A stretch of DNA of 64,000 bases, taken from the NCBI RefSeq assembly GCF_009914755.1, contig NC_060933.1, one strand, 5' to 3'. Source of the DNA: the human T2T-CHM13v2.0 reference genome, Homo sapiens. Position 1 is the stretch's first letter, and each line of letters opens with the position of its first letter. Below the pieces are notes generated by a model. The model was not told the DNA's origin. It ran no database searches and worked only from the letters and a program-made list of their open reading frames with translations. Both the position numbers and the translations under genes were made by a program. Shown piece by piece: positions 45,960 to 60,400 of this stretch.

Positions 45960-48900
45960 TTCCATTCCATTGCACTAGGTTTGATTTCATTCCACTGCAT
46001 TCCATTCCATTCCATTCCATTGCATTCCATTCCGTTCCATTCAATTCCATTACATTCGGATTGATTGTATTCAATTCCCTTACACTCCATTACATTCCAT
46101 TCCATTCGGGTTATTTCCATTCCATTCCATTCCATTCCATTGCACTCGGGTTGATTCCATTCCATTCAATTCCATTCCATTCCATTTCGTTCCATTCCAG
46201 TCTATTCCGTACCATTCCATTCCATTCCATTCCAGTCCATTCCATTCCTTTCCGTATGATTCCATTCCATTTCATTCCATTCCATTCCCTTGCACTCGGG
46301 TGGATTCCATTCTATTCCATTCCATTCCATTCCATTCCATTCCATTCCATTCCATTCCATTCCATTCTATTCGGGTTAATTTGATTCCATTCCATTCCAT
46401 TCCGTTCCATTCCATTCCATTCCATTCAGATTGATTCTATTCAATTCCCTTACACTCCATTACATTACATTCCATTCGTGTTGTTTCCATTCCATTCCAT
46501 TGCAATCCATTCCATTACATTCCATTCTATTCGGGTTAATTCCATTCCATTCCATTCCCTTCCATTCCATTCCATTGCATTCCATTCCATTCTATTCGGG
46601 TTAATTCCTTTCCATTCCATTCGATTGCATTCCATTCCATTCCATTCCGTATGATTCCATTCCATTGCATTCCATTCCATTCCATTCCCCTGCACTCGTG
46701 TGGATTCCATTCTATTCCATTCCATTCCATTCCCTTACATTCCATTCCATTCCATTCCATTCCATTCCATTCCATTCCATTCTATTCGGGTTAATTTGAT
46801 TCCATTCCATTCCATTCCATTCCGTTCCATTCCATTCCATTCCATTCGGATTGATTCTATTCAATTCCCTTACACTCAATTACATTCCATTCCATTCGTC
46901 TTGTTTCCATTCCATTCCATTCCATTCCATTACATTACATTACATTCTATTCGGGTTAATTCCATTCAATTCCATTCCCTTCCATTCCATTCCATTGCAT
47001 TCCATTCCATTCCATTCCATTATATTCCGGTTAATTCCATTCCATTGCATTCCATTCCATTCCATTCCATTCCATTCCATTCCATTCCATTCCATTCCAT
47101 TCCATTTCAATCGTGTTGATTCGATTGCATTCCATTCCATTCCATTCCATTCCATTCCATTCCATTCCATTCCATTCCAGATGATTCCATTCCATTGCCT
47201 TCCATTCCATTCCATTCCCCTGCACTCGGTTGAATTCCATTCTATTCCATTCCATTCCATTCCTTTCCATTGAAATCGAGTTGATTCCATTCCATTTCAT
47301 TCCATTCCATACCATTCCATTCCATTCCGTTCCATTCCGGATGATTCCATTCCAGTGCATACCATTCCATTAAATTTCCCTGCACTCAGCTTTATTCCAT
47401 TCCATTCCATTCCATTCCATTCCATTCTATTCCATACCATTCCATTCCATTCCATTCCATTCCATTCCATTCCATTCCATGGCATTCCACTCGGGTTGAT
47501 TCCATTCCCTTCCATTCCATTCGAGTTGAATCCATTCCATTCCATTCCATTCCATTCCATTCCATTGCACACGGGTTCATTCCATTCCATTCCATTCCAT
47601 TCCATTCCATTCCATTCCGTTCCATTCCATTTCGTTCCCTTCCATTCTATTCCATACCATTCCATTCCATTCCATTCCATTCCATTCCATTCCGTTCCAT
47701 TCCATTTCGTTCCCTTCCATTCGATTCCATACCATTCCATTCCATTCCATTCCACTCCATTCCATGCCAATCCACTCGGGTTTATTCCATTCTATTCCAT
47801 TCCATTCGGGTTGAATCCATTCCATTCCATTCCATTCCATTCAATTCCATTACATTGCCCTCGGGTTGATTCCATTCCATTCCATTCCATTCCATTTCAT
47901 TCCATTCCATTCCATTCCATTCCATTCCATTCCATTCCATTCCATTCCATTCCATGCCATTCCACTCGGGTTGATCCCATTCCTTTGCATTCCATTCGAC
48001 TTGAACCCATTCCATTCCATTCCATTCCATTCCAATCCATTGCACACGGGTCCATTCCATTCCATTCCATTCCATTCCATTCCATTTCTTTCCATTCCAT
48101 TCTATTCCGTACCATTCCATTCCATTCCATTCCATTCCATTCCATTCCATTCCATGCCATTCCACTCGGGTTTATTCAATTCCTTTCCAATCTATTTGGG
48201 TTGAATCCATTCCTTTCCATTCCATTCCATTCAATTCCATTCCATTGCACTCGGGTTGATTCCATTCCATTCCATGGCATTCCATTTCATTCCATTCCAT
48301 TCCATTCCATTCCATTCCATTCCATTCCATTCCATTCCATTCCTTTCCATTCCATTGCAATCGAGTTGATTCCATTACATTCCATTCCATTCCATTCCAG
48401 TCCTTTCCATTCCATTCCACTCGGGTTGATTCCATTCTATTCCTTTCCATTCCATTCGATTCCATTCCATTCCACTCTGGTTGATTCCATTCCTTTTCAT
48501 TGCACTCGAATACATTCCCTTCTATTCCACTCGGAATGATTCCATTCCATTCCATTAAATTCCATTCCATTCCATTCCATTCCATTCCGTTTTGTTCCAT
48601 TACATTCTATTCTGTACCATTCCACTCTATTCCATTCCATTCCATTCCATGCCATTCCTCTCGCGTTGATTCAATTCCATTCCATTGCACACGGGTTGAT
48701 GCCATTCCATTCCATTCCGTTCCATTCCGGATGACTCCATTCCATTGCATTCCATTCCATTCCATTCCTCTGCACTCGGTTTCATTACATTCCATTCCAT
48801 TCACTTCCATTCCATTCCATTCCATTTCAATCGAGTTGATTGCATTCAATTCCATTCCATTCCATTCCATTCCGGATGATTCCATTCCATTGCCTTCCAT

Positions 48901-51490
48901 TCCATTCCATTCCCCTGCACTCGGGTTGATTCCATTCCATTCCATTCCATTCCATTCCATTCCATTGCATTCCATTCCATTCCGTTACATTCCATTCTAT
49001 TCCGTACCATTCCATTCCATTCCATTCCACTCCATTCCATGCCATTCCACTCGGGTTGATTCCATTCCTTTCCATTCCATTCGAGTTGAATCCATTCCAT
49101 TCCATTCCATTCCATTCCATTCCATTCCATTCCATTCCATTCCATTGCACACGGGTTCATTCCATTCCATTCCATTCCATTCCATTTCGTTCCATTCCAT
49201 TCTATTCTATACCATTCCATTCCATTCCATTCCATTCCATTGCATTCCATTCCATTTCGTTCCATTCCATTCTATTCCGTACCATTCCATTCCATTCCAT
49301 TCCACTCAATTCCATGCCATTCCACTCTGGTTGATTCCATTCCTTTCGATTCCATTCGAGTTGAACCCATTCCATTCCATTCCATTCCATTCCATTCCAT
49401 TCCATTCCAATTCATTGCACACGGGTTCATTCCATTCCATTCCATTCCATTCAATTCCATTTCGTTCTATTCCATTCTATCCCGTACCATTACATTCCAT
49501 TCCATTGCATTCCATTCCATTCCATTCCACTGCACTCGGGTGGATTCCATTCTATTCCATTCCATTCAATTCCATTCCATTCAATTCCATTCCATTCCAT
49601 TCCATTCCATTCCATTCCATTCCATTCCATTCTATTCGGGTTAATTTCATTCCATTCCATTTTGTTCCATTCCATTCTATTACTTACCATTCCATTCCAT
49701 TCCATTCCATTCCATTCCATTCCATGCCATTCCACTCGGGTTAATTCCATTCCTTTCCATTAAATTCGTGTTGAATCCATTCCATTCGATTCCACTTCAT
49801 TCGATTCCATTCCATTGCACTCGGGTCCATTCCATTCCATTCCATTCCATTCCATTCCATTCCATTGTACTAGGTTTGATTCCATTCCACTGCATTCCAT
49901 TACATTCCATTCCATTCCATTCCGTTCCATTCCATTCCATTACATTCGGATTGGTTGTATTCAATTCCCTTACACTCCATTACATTCCATTCCATTCGGG
50001 TTGTTTCCATTCCATTCCATTCCATTCCACTCCATTCCTTTGCACTCGGGTTCATTCCATTCCATTCCATTCCATTGCATTCCATTTCGTTCCATTCCAT
50101 TCTATTCCGTACCATTCCATTCCATTCCATTCTATGCCATTCCACTCGGGTTGATTCCATTCCTTTCCATTCCATTCGGGTTGAATCCAATCCATTCCAT
50201 TCCATTCCATTCCGTTCCATTGGAATCGGGTTGATTCCATTCCATTCCATTCCGTTCCATTCCGGATGACTCCATTCCATTGCCTTCCATTCCATTCCAT
50301 TCCCCTGCAATCGGGTTGATTCCATTCCATTCCATGTCATTCCATTCCATTCCATTCCATTCCATTCCATTCCATTCCATTGAAGTCCTTTCCATTCCAT
50401 TCCATTCCATTCCATTCCATGCCATTCCACTCTGGTTTATTGAATTCCTTTCCATTCCATTCGGGTTGAATCCATTCCTTTCCATTCCATTCCGTTCAAT
50501 TCCATTCCACTGCACTCGTGTTGACTCCATTCCATTCCATGCCATTCCATTTCATTGCGTTCCATTCCATTCCATTACATTCGGATTGATTCTTTTCAAT
50601 TCCCTTACACTCCATTACATTCCATTCCATTTGGGTAGTTTCCATTCCATTCCATTCCATTACACTCCATTGCATTGCACTCGGGATGATTGAATCCATT
50701 CCATTGCATTCCATTCCATTCCATTCCATTCCATTCCATTCCGGATGATTCCATTCCATTGCATTCCATTCCATTCCATTCCCCTGCACTCGGGTTGATT
50801 CCATTCCATTCCATTCCTTTCCATTCCGTTCCATTCCATTCCATTCCATTCCATTCCATGCTGTTCAGGTTAATTGCATTCCAATCCATTCCCTTCCATT
50901 CCATTCCATTCCATTCCATTCCATTCCATTCCATTGCAATCGAGTTGATTCCATTGCATTCCATTCCATTCCTTTCCATTGCATTCCATTGCATTCCATT
51001 CCCCTGCACTCAGGTTGATTCCATTCCATTCCATTCCATTCCATTCCATTCCATTCCATTCCCGTTAATTCCATTCCATTACATTCCATTACATTCCATT
51101 GCAATCGAGTTGATTCCATTCCATTCCATTCCATTCCATTCCATTCCATTCCATTCAAGTCCTTTCCATTCCATTCCACTCGTGTTGATTCCATTTTATT
51201 AGTTTCCATTCTATTCCATTCCCTTCCATTCCACTCTGGTTGATTCCATTCCTTTCCATTCCACTCGAATTCATTCCCTTCTATTCCACTCGGAATGAAT
51301 CCGTTCCATTCCGTTCCATTTCATTCCATTCCATTCCATTTCGTTTCTTTGCATTCTATTCCGTACCATTCCATTCCATTCCATTCCATGCCATTCCACT
51401 CGGGTTGATTCCATTGCTTTCCATTCCATTTGGGTTGAATCCATTCCATTCCATTCCATTCCATTCCATTCCATTCCATTCCATTCCGGA
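45960..51490 (+). repeat. Block X', paralog of 17780-24860
   Basis: Same marker order as block X; offsets step from ~28.2 kb to ~29.8 kb to ~26.6 kb across two large indels. Confidence 0.82.
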
Positions 51491-51499
51491 TGATTCCAT

Positions 51500-54400
51500 T
51501 CCATTCCATTCCATTCCATTCCATTCCATTCCATTCCATAGCAATCGAGTTGATTCCATTCCATTCCATTCCATTCCGGATGATTCCGTTCCATTGCCTT
51601 CCATTCCATTCCATTCCCCTGCACCCGGGTTGATTCCATTCCATTCCATTCCATTCCATTCCATTCCTTTCCATTCCATTCCATTCCATTCCCTTCCATT
51701 CCTTTCCATTCTATTCGTGTTAATAACATTCCATTCCATTCCATTCCATTCCGGATGATTCCGTTCCATTGCCTTCCATTCCATTCCATTCCCCTGCACC
51801 CGGGTTGATTCCATTCCATTCCATTCCATTCCATTCCTTTCCATTCCATTCCATTCCATTCCCTTCCATTCCTTTCCATTCTATTCGTGTTAATAACATT
51901 CCATTCCATTCCATTCCGTTTCATTGCAATCGAGTTGATTCCATTCCATTCCATTCCATTCCATTCCATTCCATTCCATTCCATTGCATTCCATTCCATT
52001 CCATTCCATTGCATTCCACTCGTTTTGATCCAATTGCTTTACATTCCATTCGGGTTGAAGCCATTCCATTCCATTCCATTCCTTTCGATTCAATTCCATT
52101 GCACTCGGGTTGATCCCATTCCATTGCATTCCATTCCATTCCATTGCATTCCATTCCGTTCCATTCCATTCCATTACATTCGGATTGATTCTATTCAATT
52201 CCCTTACACTCCATTCCATTCCATTCCATTCGGGTTGTTTCCATTCCATTCCATTCCATTCCATTGCACTAGGGTTGATTCCATTGTATTAAATTCCATT
52301 CCATTCCATTTCGTTCCATTCCTTTCTATTCCGTAACATTCCATTCCATTCCATACATTCCATTCCATGCCATTCCAGTCGGGTTGATTCCATGCCTTTC
52401 CATTCCATTGGTGTTGAATCCATTCCATTCCATTCCATTCCATTCCATTCTGTATGATTCCATTCCATTGCATTCCATTCCATTCCATACCCCTGCACTC
52501 GGGTGGATTCCATTCTATTCCATTGCATTCCATTGCATTCCATTCCATTACATTCCATTCCATTCCATTCCATTGCAATCGAGTTGATTGCATTCCATTC
52601 CATTCCATTCCATTTCGTTCCATTCCATTCTATTCCGTACCATTCCATTCCATTCCATTCCATTCCATTCCATTCCATTCCATGCCATTCCACTCGGGTT
52701 GATTCCATTCCTTTCCATTCCATTCGAGTTGAATCCATTCCATTCCATTCCATTCCATTCGATTCCATTCCATTGCACACGGGTTCATTCCATTCCATTC
52801 CATTCCATTCCATTCCATTCCATTTCGTTCCATTCCATTCTATTCTGTACCATTCTATTCCATTCCATTCCACTCCATTCCATGCCATTCCACTCGGGTT
52901 TATTCCATTCCTTTTCATTCCATTCGGGTTGAATCCATTCCATTCCATTCCATTCCCTTCGATTCCATTACATTGCACTCGGGATGATTCCATTCCATTC
53001 CACTCCATTCCATTCCATTTCATTCCATTCCATTCCATTGCACACGGGTTCATTCCATGCCATTCCATTCCATTCCATTCCATTCCATTCCATTCCATTT
53101 TGCTCCATTCCATTCTATTCCGTACCATTCCATTGCATTCCATTCCATTCCATTCCATTCCATTCCATGCCATTCCACTCGGGTTGATTCCATTCCTTTC
53201 CATTCCATTCGGGTTGAATCCATTCCATTCCATTCCATTCCTTTCCATTCCATTGCACACGGGTTGATTCCATTCCATTCCATTCCGTTCCATTCCGGAG
53301 ACTCCATTCCATTGCATTCAATTCCATTCCATTCCCCTGCACTCGGGTTCATTCCATTCCATTCCATTTCATTCCATTCCATTCCATTCCATTCCATTCC
53401 ATTCCATTCCATTCCTTTCTATTCCATTCCATTACATTCGGATTGATTCTTTTTAATTCCCTTACACTCCATTACATTCCATTCCATTCGGGAAGTTTCC
53501 ATTTCATTCCATTCCATTCCATTCCATTCTATTCCATACCATTCCATTCCATTCCACTCAATTCCACTCCATTCCATGCCATTGCACTCGGGTTGATTCC
53601 ATTCCTTTCTATTCCATTCGGGTTGAAGCCATTCCATTCCATTCCATTCCTTTCGATTCCATTCCATTGCACTCGGGTTGATCCCATTCCATTGCATTCC
53701 ATTCCATTCCATTACATTCCATTCCGTTCCATTCCATTCTATTACATTCGGATTGATTCTATTCAATTCCCTTACACTCCATTACATTCTATTCCATTCG
53801 GGTTGTTTCCTTTCCATTCCATTCCATTCCATTCCATTCCATTCCCCTGCACTCGGGTTGTTTACATTCCATTCCATTCCATTTCCATTCCGTTCCATTC
53901 CATTCCATTCCATTCTGTTCAGGTTAATTCCATTCCATTCCATTCCCTTCCATTTCATTCCATTCCATTGCATTCCATTACAATCGAGTTGATTCCATTC
54001 CATTCCATTCCATTGCATTCCATTCCATTCCATTCCCCTGCACTCAGGTTGATTCCATTCCATTCCATTCCATTCCATTCCATTCCGTTCCGTTCCATTC
54101 CACTCCATTCCATTCTATTCGCATTAATTCCATTCCATTCCATTCCATTACATTCCACTGCAATTGAGTTGATTCCATTGCATTCCATTCCATTCCATTC
54201 CATTTCGTTCCATTCCATTCTATAACGTACCATTCCATTCCATTCCATTCCGTTACAATCCATGCCATTCCACTCGTGTTGATTCCATTCCTTTCCATTC
54301 CTTTCGAGTTGAATGCATTCCATTCCATTCCATTCCATTCCATTCCATTCCATTGCACACGGGTTCATTCCATTCCATTCCATTCCATTCCATTCCATTC

Positions 54401-57400
54401 CCTTGCACTATGTTTGATTCCATTCCACTGCATTCCATTCCATTCCATTCCATTCCATTCCATTCCATTCCATTCCATTCCAATCCATTCCATTCCACTC
54501 GGGTTGATTCCATTCCTTTCCATTCCATTCGGGTTGAAGCCATTCCATTCCATTCCATTCCTTTCGATTCCATTCCATTGCACTCGGGTTGATCCCATTC
54601 CATTGCATTCCATTCCATTCCATTGCATTCCATTCCGTTCCATTCCATTCCATTACATTCGGATTGATTCTATTCAATTCCCTTACACTCCGTTACATTC
54701 CATTCCATTCGGTTTGTTTCCATTCTATTCCATTCCATTCCACTCCATTCCATTGCAATCGGGTTGATTCCATTCCATTCCATTCCATTCCATTCCATTC
54801 CATTCCATTCCGTATGATTCCATTCCATTGCATCCCTTCCATTCCATTTCCCTGCACTCGGGTGAATTCCATTCTATTCCATTCTATTCCTTTCCATTCC
54901 ATTCCATTCCTTTCCATTGCATTCCATTCCATTGCATTCCATTCCATTCCATTCTATTCTATTCGGGTTAAATTCATTCCATTCCATTCCATTCCATTCC
55001 ATTCCATTCCATTGAAATCGAGTTGATTCCATTCCATTCCATTCCATTCCTTTCCATTCCATTCCATTCTATTCGGGTTAATTCCATTCCATTCCATTCC
55101 ATTCCATTCCCTTCCATTCCATTCCATTCCATTCCATTATATTAGGGTTAATTCCATTCCATTCCATTCCATTCCATTCCATTCCATTCCATTCCATTCC
55201 AGTGCAATCGAGTTGATTCCATTCCATTCCATTCCATTCCATTCAATTCCGGATGATTCCATTCCATTGCCTTCCATTCCATTCCATTCCACTGCACTCG
55301 GGTTGATTCCATTCCATTCCATTCCATTCCATTCCATTCCATTCCATTCCATTCCATTTCATTTCGTTCCATTCCATTCTATTCCATTCCAATCCATTCC
55401 ATTCCATTCCATTTCATTTCGTTCCATTCCATTCTCTTCCGGACCATTCCATTCCATTCCATTCCATGCTATTCCACTCCGGTTGATTCCATTCCTTTCC
55501 ATTCCATTCGACTTGAATCCATTCCATTCCATTCCATTCCATTCGATTCCTTTCCATTGCACACAGGTCCATTCCATTCCATTCCATTCCATTCCATTCC
55601 ATTCCATTCCATTTCGTTCCATTCCATTCTCTTCCGTACCATTCCATTCCATTCCATTCCACTCCATTCCATGCCATTCTGCTCGGGTTTATTCCATTCC
55701 TTTCCATTCCATTCGGGTTGAATCCATTCCATTCCTTTCCATTCCATTCAATTCCATTACATTGCACTCGGGTTGATTCCATTCCATTCCATTCCATTTC
55801 ATTCCATTCGGGTTGAATCCATTCCATTCCTTTCCATTCCATTCAATTCCATTACATTGCACTCGGGTTGATTCCATTCCATTCCATTCCATTTCATTCC
55901 ATTCCATTCCATTCCATTCCATTTCGTTTCATTCCAATCTCTTCCGTACCATTCCATTCCATTCCATTCCATTCCACTCCATTCCATGCCCTTCCACTCG
56001 GGTTTATTCCATTCCTTTCCATTCCATTCGGGTTGAATCCTTTCCATTCCGTTCAATTCCATTCAATTCCATTACATTGCACTCGAGTTGATTTCATTCC
56101 ATTCCATTCCATTCCATGCCATTCCACTCGGGTTGATTCCATTCCTTTCCATTCCATTCGAGTTGAACCCATTCCATTCCATTCCATTCCATTCCATTGC
56201 ACACGGGTTCATTCCATTCCATTCCATTCCATTCCACTCCATTCCATTCCATTTCGTTCCATTCCATTCTATTCCATACCATTCCTTTCAATTCCATTCC
56301 CTTCCATGCCATTTCACTCGGGTTTATTAAATTCTTTTCCATTCCATTCGTGTTGAATCCATTCCATTCCATTCCATTCCATTCCATTCCATTCCATTCG
56401 ATTCCATTCCATTGCACTCGGGTTGATTCCATTCCATTCCATGCCATTCCATTTCATTCCATTCCATTCCGTTCCATTCCATTCCATTCCATTCAATTCA
56501 ATTCCGTTCCATTCCATTACATTACATTCGGATTGATTCTTTTTAATTCCCTTACACTCCATTACATTCCATTCCATTCGGGTACTTTCCATTCCATTCC
56601 ATTCCATTCCACTGCATTCTATTGCACTCGGGTTGATTGATTCCATTCCTTTGCATTCCATTCAATTCCATTCCATTCCGGATGATTCCATTCCATTGCA
56701 TCCCATTCCATTCCATTCCCCTGCACTCGGGTTGATCCCATTCCATTGCATTCCATTCCATTCCATTCCATTCCATTGCATTCCATTCCGTTCCATTCCA
56801 TTCCATTCCATTCCATTCTGTTCAGGTTAATTCCATTCCATTCCATTCCCTTCCATTCCATTCCATTCCATTCCATTCCATTCCATTGCAATCGAGTTGA
56901 TTCCATTGCATTCCATTCCATTCCATTGCATTGCATTCCATTCCATTCCATTCCCCTGTACTCAGAATGATTCCATTCCATTCCATTCCATTCCATTCCG
57001 TTCCATTCCATTCCATTCCATTTTATTCGCGTTAATTCCATTCCATTCCATTCCATTCCATTCCGTATGATTCCATTCCATTGCATTTCATTCCATTCAA
57101 TTCCCCAGCACTCGGGTGGATTCCATTCTATTCCATTCCATTCCATTCCATTCCATTCCGTTCCATTCCATTCCATTATATTCGGATTGAATCTTTTCAA
57201 TTCCCTTACACTCCATTACCTTCCATTCCATTCGGGTTGTTTCCATTCCATTCTATTCCATTCCACTCCATTCCATTGCAATCGGGTTGATTCCATTCCA
57301 TTCCATTCCATTCCATTCCGTATGATTCCATTCCATTGCATTCCATTCCAGTCCATTCCACTGCACTCGGGTGGATTCCGTTCTATTCCATTCCATTCCA

Positions 57401-60400
57401 TTCCATTCCATTCCATTCCATTCCATTCCATTCTATTCGGGTTAATTTCATTCCATTCCATTTTGTTCCATTCCATTCTATTCCGTACCATTCCATTCCA
57501 TTCCATTCCATTCCATTCCATTCCATTTTATTCGCGTTAATTCCATTCCATTCCATTCCATTCCATTCCGTATGATTCCATTCCATTGCATTTCATTCCA
57601 TTCAATTCCCCAGCACTCGGGTGGATTCCATTCTATTCCATTCCATTCCATTCCATTCCATTCCGTTCCATTCCATTCCATTATATTCGGATTGAATCTA
57701 TTCAATTCCCTTACACTCCATTACCTTCCATTCCATTCGGGTTGTTTCCATTCCATTCTATTCCATTCCACTCCATTCCATTGCAATCGGGTTGATTCCA
57801 TTCCATTCCATTCCATTCCATTCCGTATGATTCCATTCCATTGCATTCCATTCCAGTCCATTCCACTGCACTCGGGTGGATTCCGTTCTATTCCATTCCA
57901 TTCCATTCCATTCCATTCCATTCCATTCCATTCCATTCTATTCGGGTTAATTTCATTCCATTCCATTTTGTTCCATTCCATTCTATTCCGTACCATTCCA
58001 TTCCATTCCATTCCGTTACAATCCATGCCATTCCACTCGTGTTGATTCCATTCCTTTCCATTCCTTTCGAGTTGAATGCATTCCATTCCATTCCATTCCA
58101 TTCCATTCCATTCCATTGCACACGGGTTCATTCCATTCCATTCCATTCCATTCCATTCCATTCCCTTGCACTATGTTTGATTCCATTCCACTGCATTCCA
58201 TTCCATTCCATTCCATTCCATTCCATTCCATTCCATTCCATTCCAATCCATTCCATTCCACTCGGGTTGATTCCATTCCTTTCCATTCCATTCGGGTTGA
58301 AGCCATTCCATTCCATTCCATTCCTTTCGATTCCATTCCATTGCACTCGGGTTGATCCCATTCCATTGCATTCCATTCCATTCCATTGCATTCCATTCCG
58401 TTCCATTCCATTCCATTACATTCGGATTGATTCTATTCAATTCCCTTACACTCCGTTACATTCCATTCCATTCGGTTTGTTTCCATTCTATTCCATTCCA
58501 TTCCACTCCATTCCATTGCAATCGGGTTGATTCCATTCCATTCCATTCCATTCCATTCCATTCCATTCCATTCCGTATGATTCCATTCCATTGCATCCCT
58601 TCCATTCCATTTCCCTGCACTCGGGTGAATTCCATTCTATTCCATTCTATTCCTTTCCATTCCATTCCATTCCTTTCCATTGCATTCCATTCCATTGCAT
58701 TCCATTCCATTCCATTCTATTCTATTCGGGTTAAATTCATTCCATTCCATTCCATTCCATTCCATTCCATTCCATTGAAATCGAGTTGATTCCATTCCAT
58801 TCCATTCCATTCCTTTCCATTCCATTCCATTCTATTCGGGTTAATTCCATTCCATTCCATTCCATTCCATTCCCTTCCATTCCATTCCATTCCATTCCAT
58901 TATATTAGGGTTAATTCCATTCCATTCCATTCCATTCCATTCCATTCCATTCCATTCCATTCCAGTGCAATCGAGTTGATTCCATTCCATTCCATTCCAT
59001 TCCATTCAATTCCGGATGATTCCATTCCATTGCCTTCCATTCCATTCCATTCCACTGCACTCGGGTTGATTCCATTCCATTCCATTCCATTCCATTCCAT
59101 TCCATTCCATTCCATTCCATTCCATTTCATTTCGTTCCATTCCATTCTATTCCATTCCAATCCATTCCATTCCATTCCATTTCATTTCGTTCCATTCCAT
59201 TCTCTTCTGGACCATTCCATTCCATTCCATTCCATGCTATTCCACTCCGGTTGATTCCATTCCTTTCCATTCCATTCGACTTGAATCCATTCCATTCCAT
59301 TCCATTCCATTCGATTCCTTTCCATTGCACACGGGTCCATTCCATTCCATTCCATTCCATTCCATTCCATTCCATTCCATTTCGTTCCATTCCATTCTCT
59401 TCCGTACCATTCCATTCCATTCCATTCCACTCCATTCCATGCCATTCTGCTCGGGTTTATTCCATTCCTTTCCATTCCATTCGGGTTGAATCCATTCCAT
59501 TCCTTTCCATTCCATTCAATTCCATTACATTGCACTCGGGTTGATTCCATTCCATTCCATTCCATTTCATTCCATTCGGGTTGAATCCATTCCATTCCTT
59601 TCCATTCCATTCAATTCCATTACATTGCACTCGGGTTGATTCCATTCCATTCCATTCCATTTCATTCCATTCCATTCCATTCCATTCCATTTCGTTTCAT
59701 TCCAATCTCTTCCGTACCATTCCATTCCATTCCATTCCATTCCACTCCATTCCATGCCCTTCCACTCGGGTTTATTCCATTCCTTTCCATTCCATTCGGG
59801 TTGAATCCTTTCCATTCCGTTCAATTCCATTCAATTCCATTACATTGCACTCGAGTTGATTTCATTCCATTCCATTCCATTCCATGCCATTCCACTCGGG
59901 TTGATTCCATTCCTTTCCATTCCATTCGAGTTGAACCCATTCCATTCCATTCCATTCCATTCCATTGCACACGGGTTCATTCCATTCCATTCCATTCCAT
60001 TCCACTCCATTCCATTCCATTTCGTTCCATTCCATTCTATTCCATACCATTCCTTTCAATTCCATTCCCTTCCATGCCATTTCACTCGGGTTTATTAAAT
60101 TCTTTTCCATTCCATTCGTGTTGAATCCATTCCATTCCATTCCATTCCATTCCATTCCATTCCATTCGATTCCATTCCATTGCACTCGGGTTGATTCCAT
60201 TCCATTCCATGCCATTCCATTTCATTCCATTCCATTCCGTTCCATTCCATTCCATTCCATTCAATTCAATTCCGTTCCATTCCATTACATTACATTCGGA
60301 TTGATTCTTTTTAATTCCCTTACACTCCATTACATTCCATTCCATTCGGGTACTTTCCATTCCATTCCATTCCATTCCACTGCATTCTATTGCACTCGGG

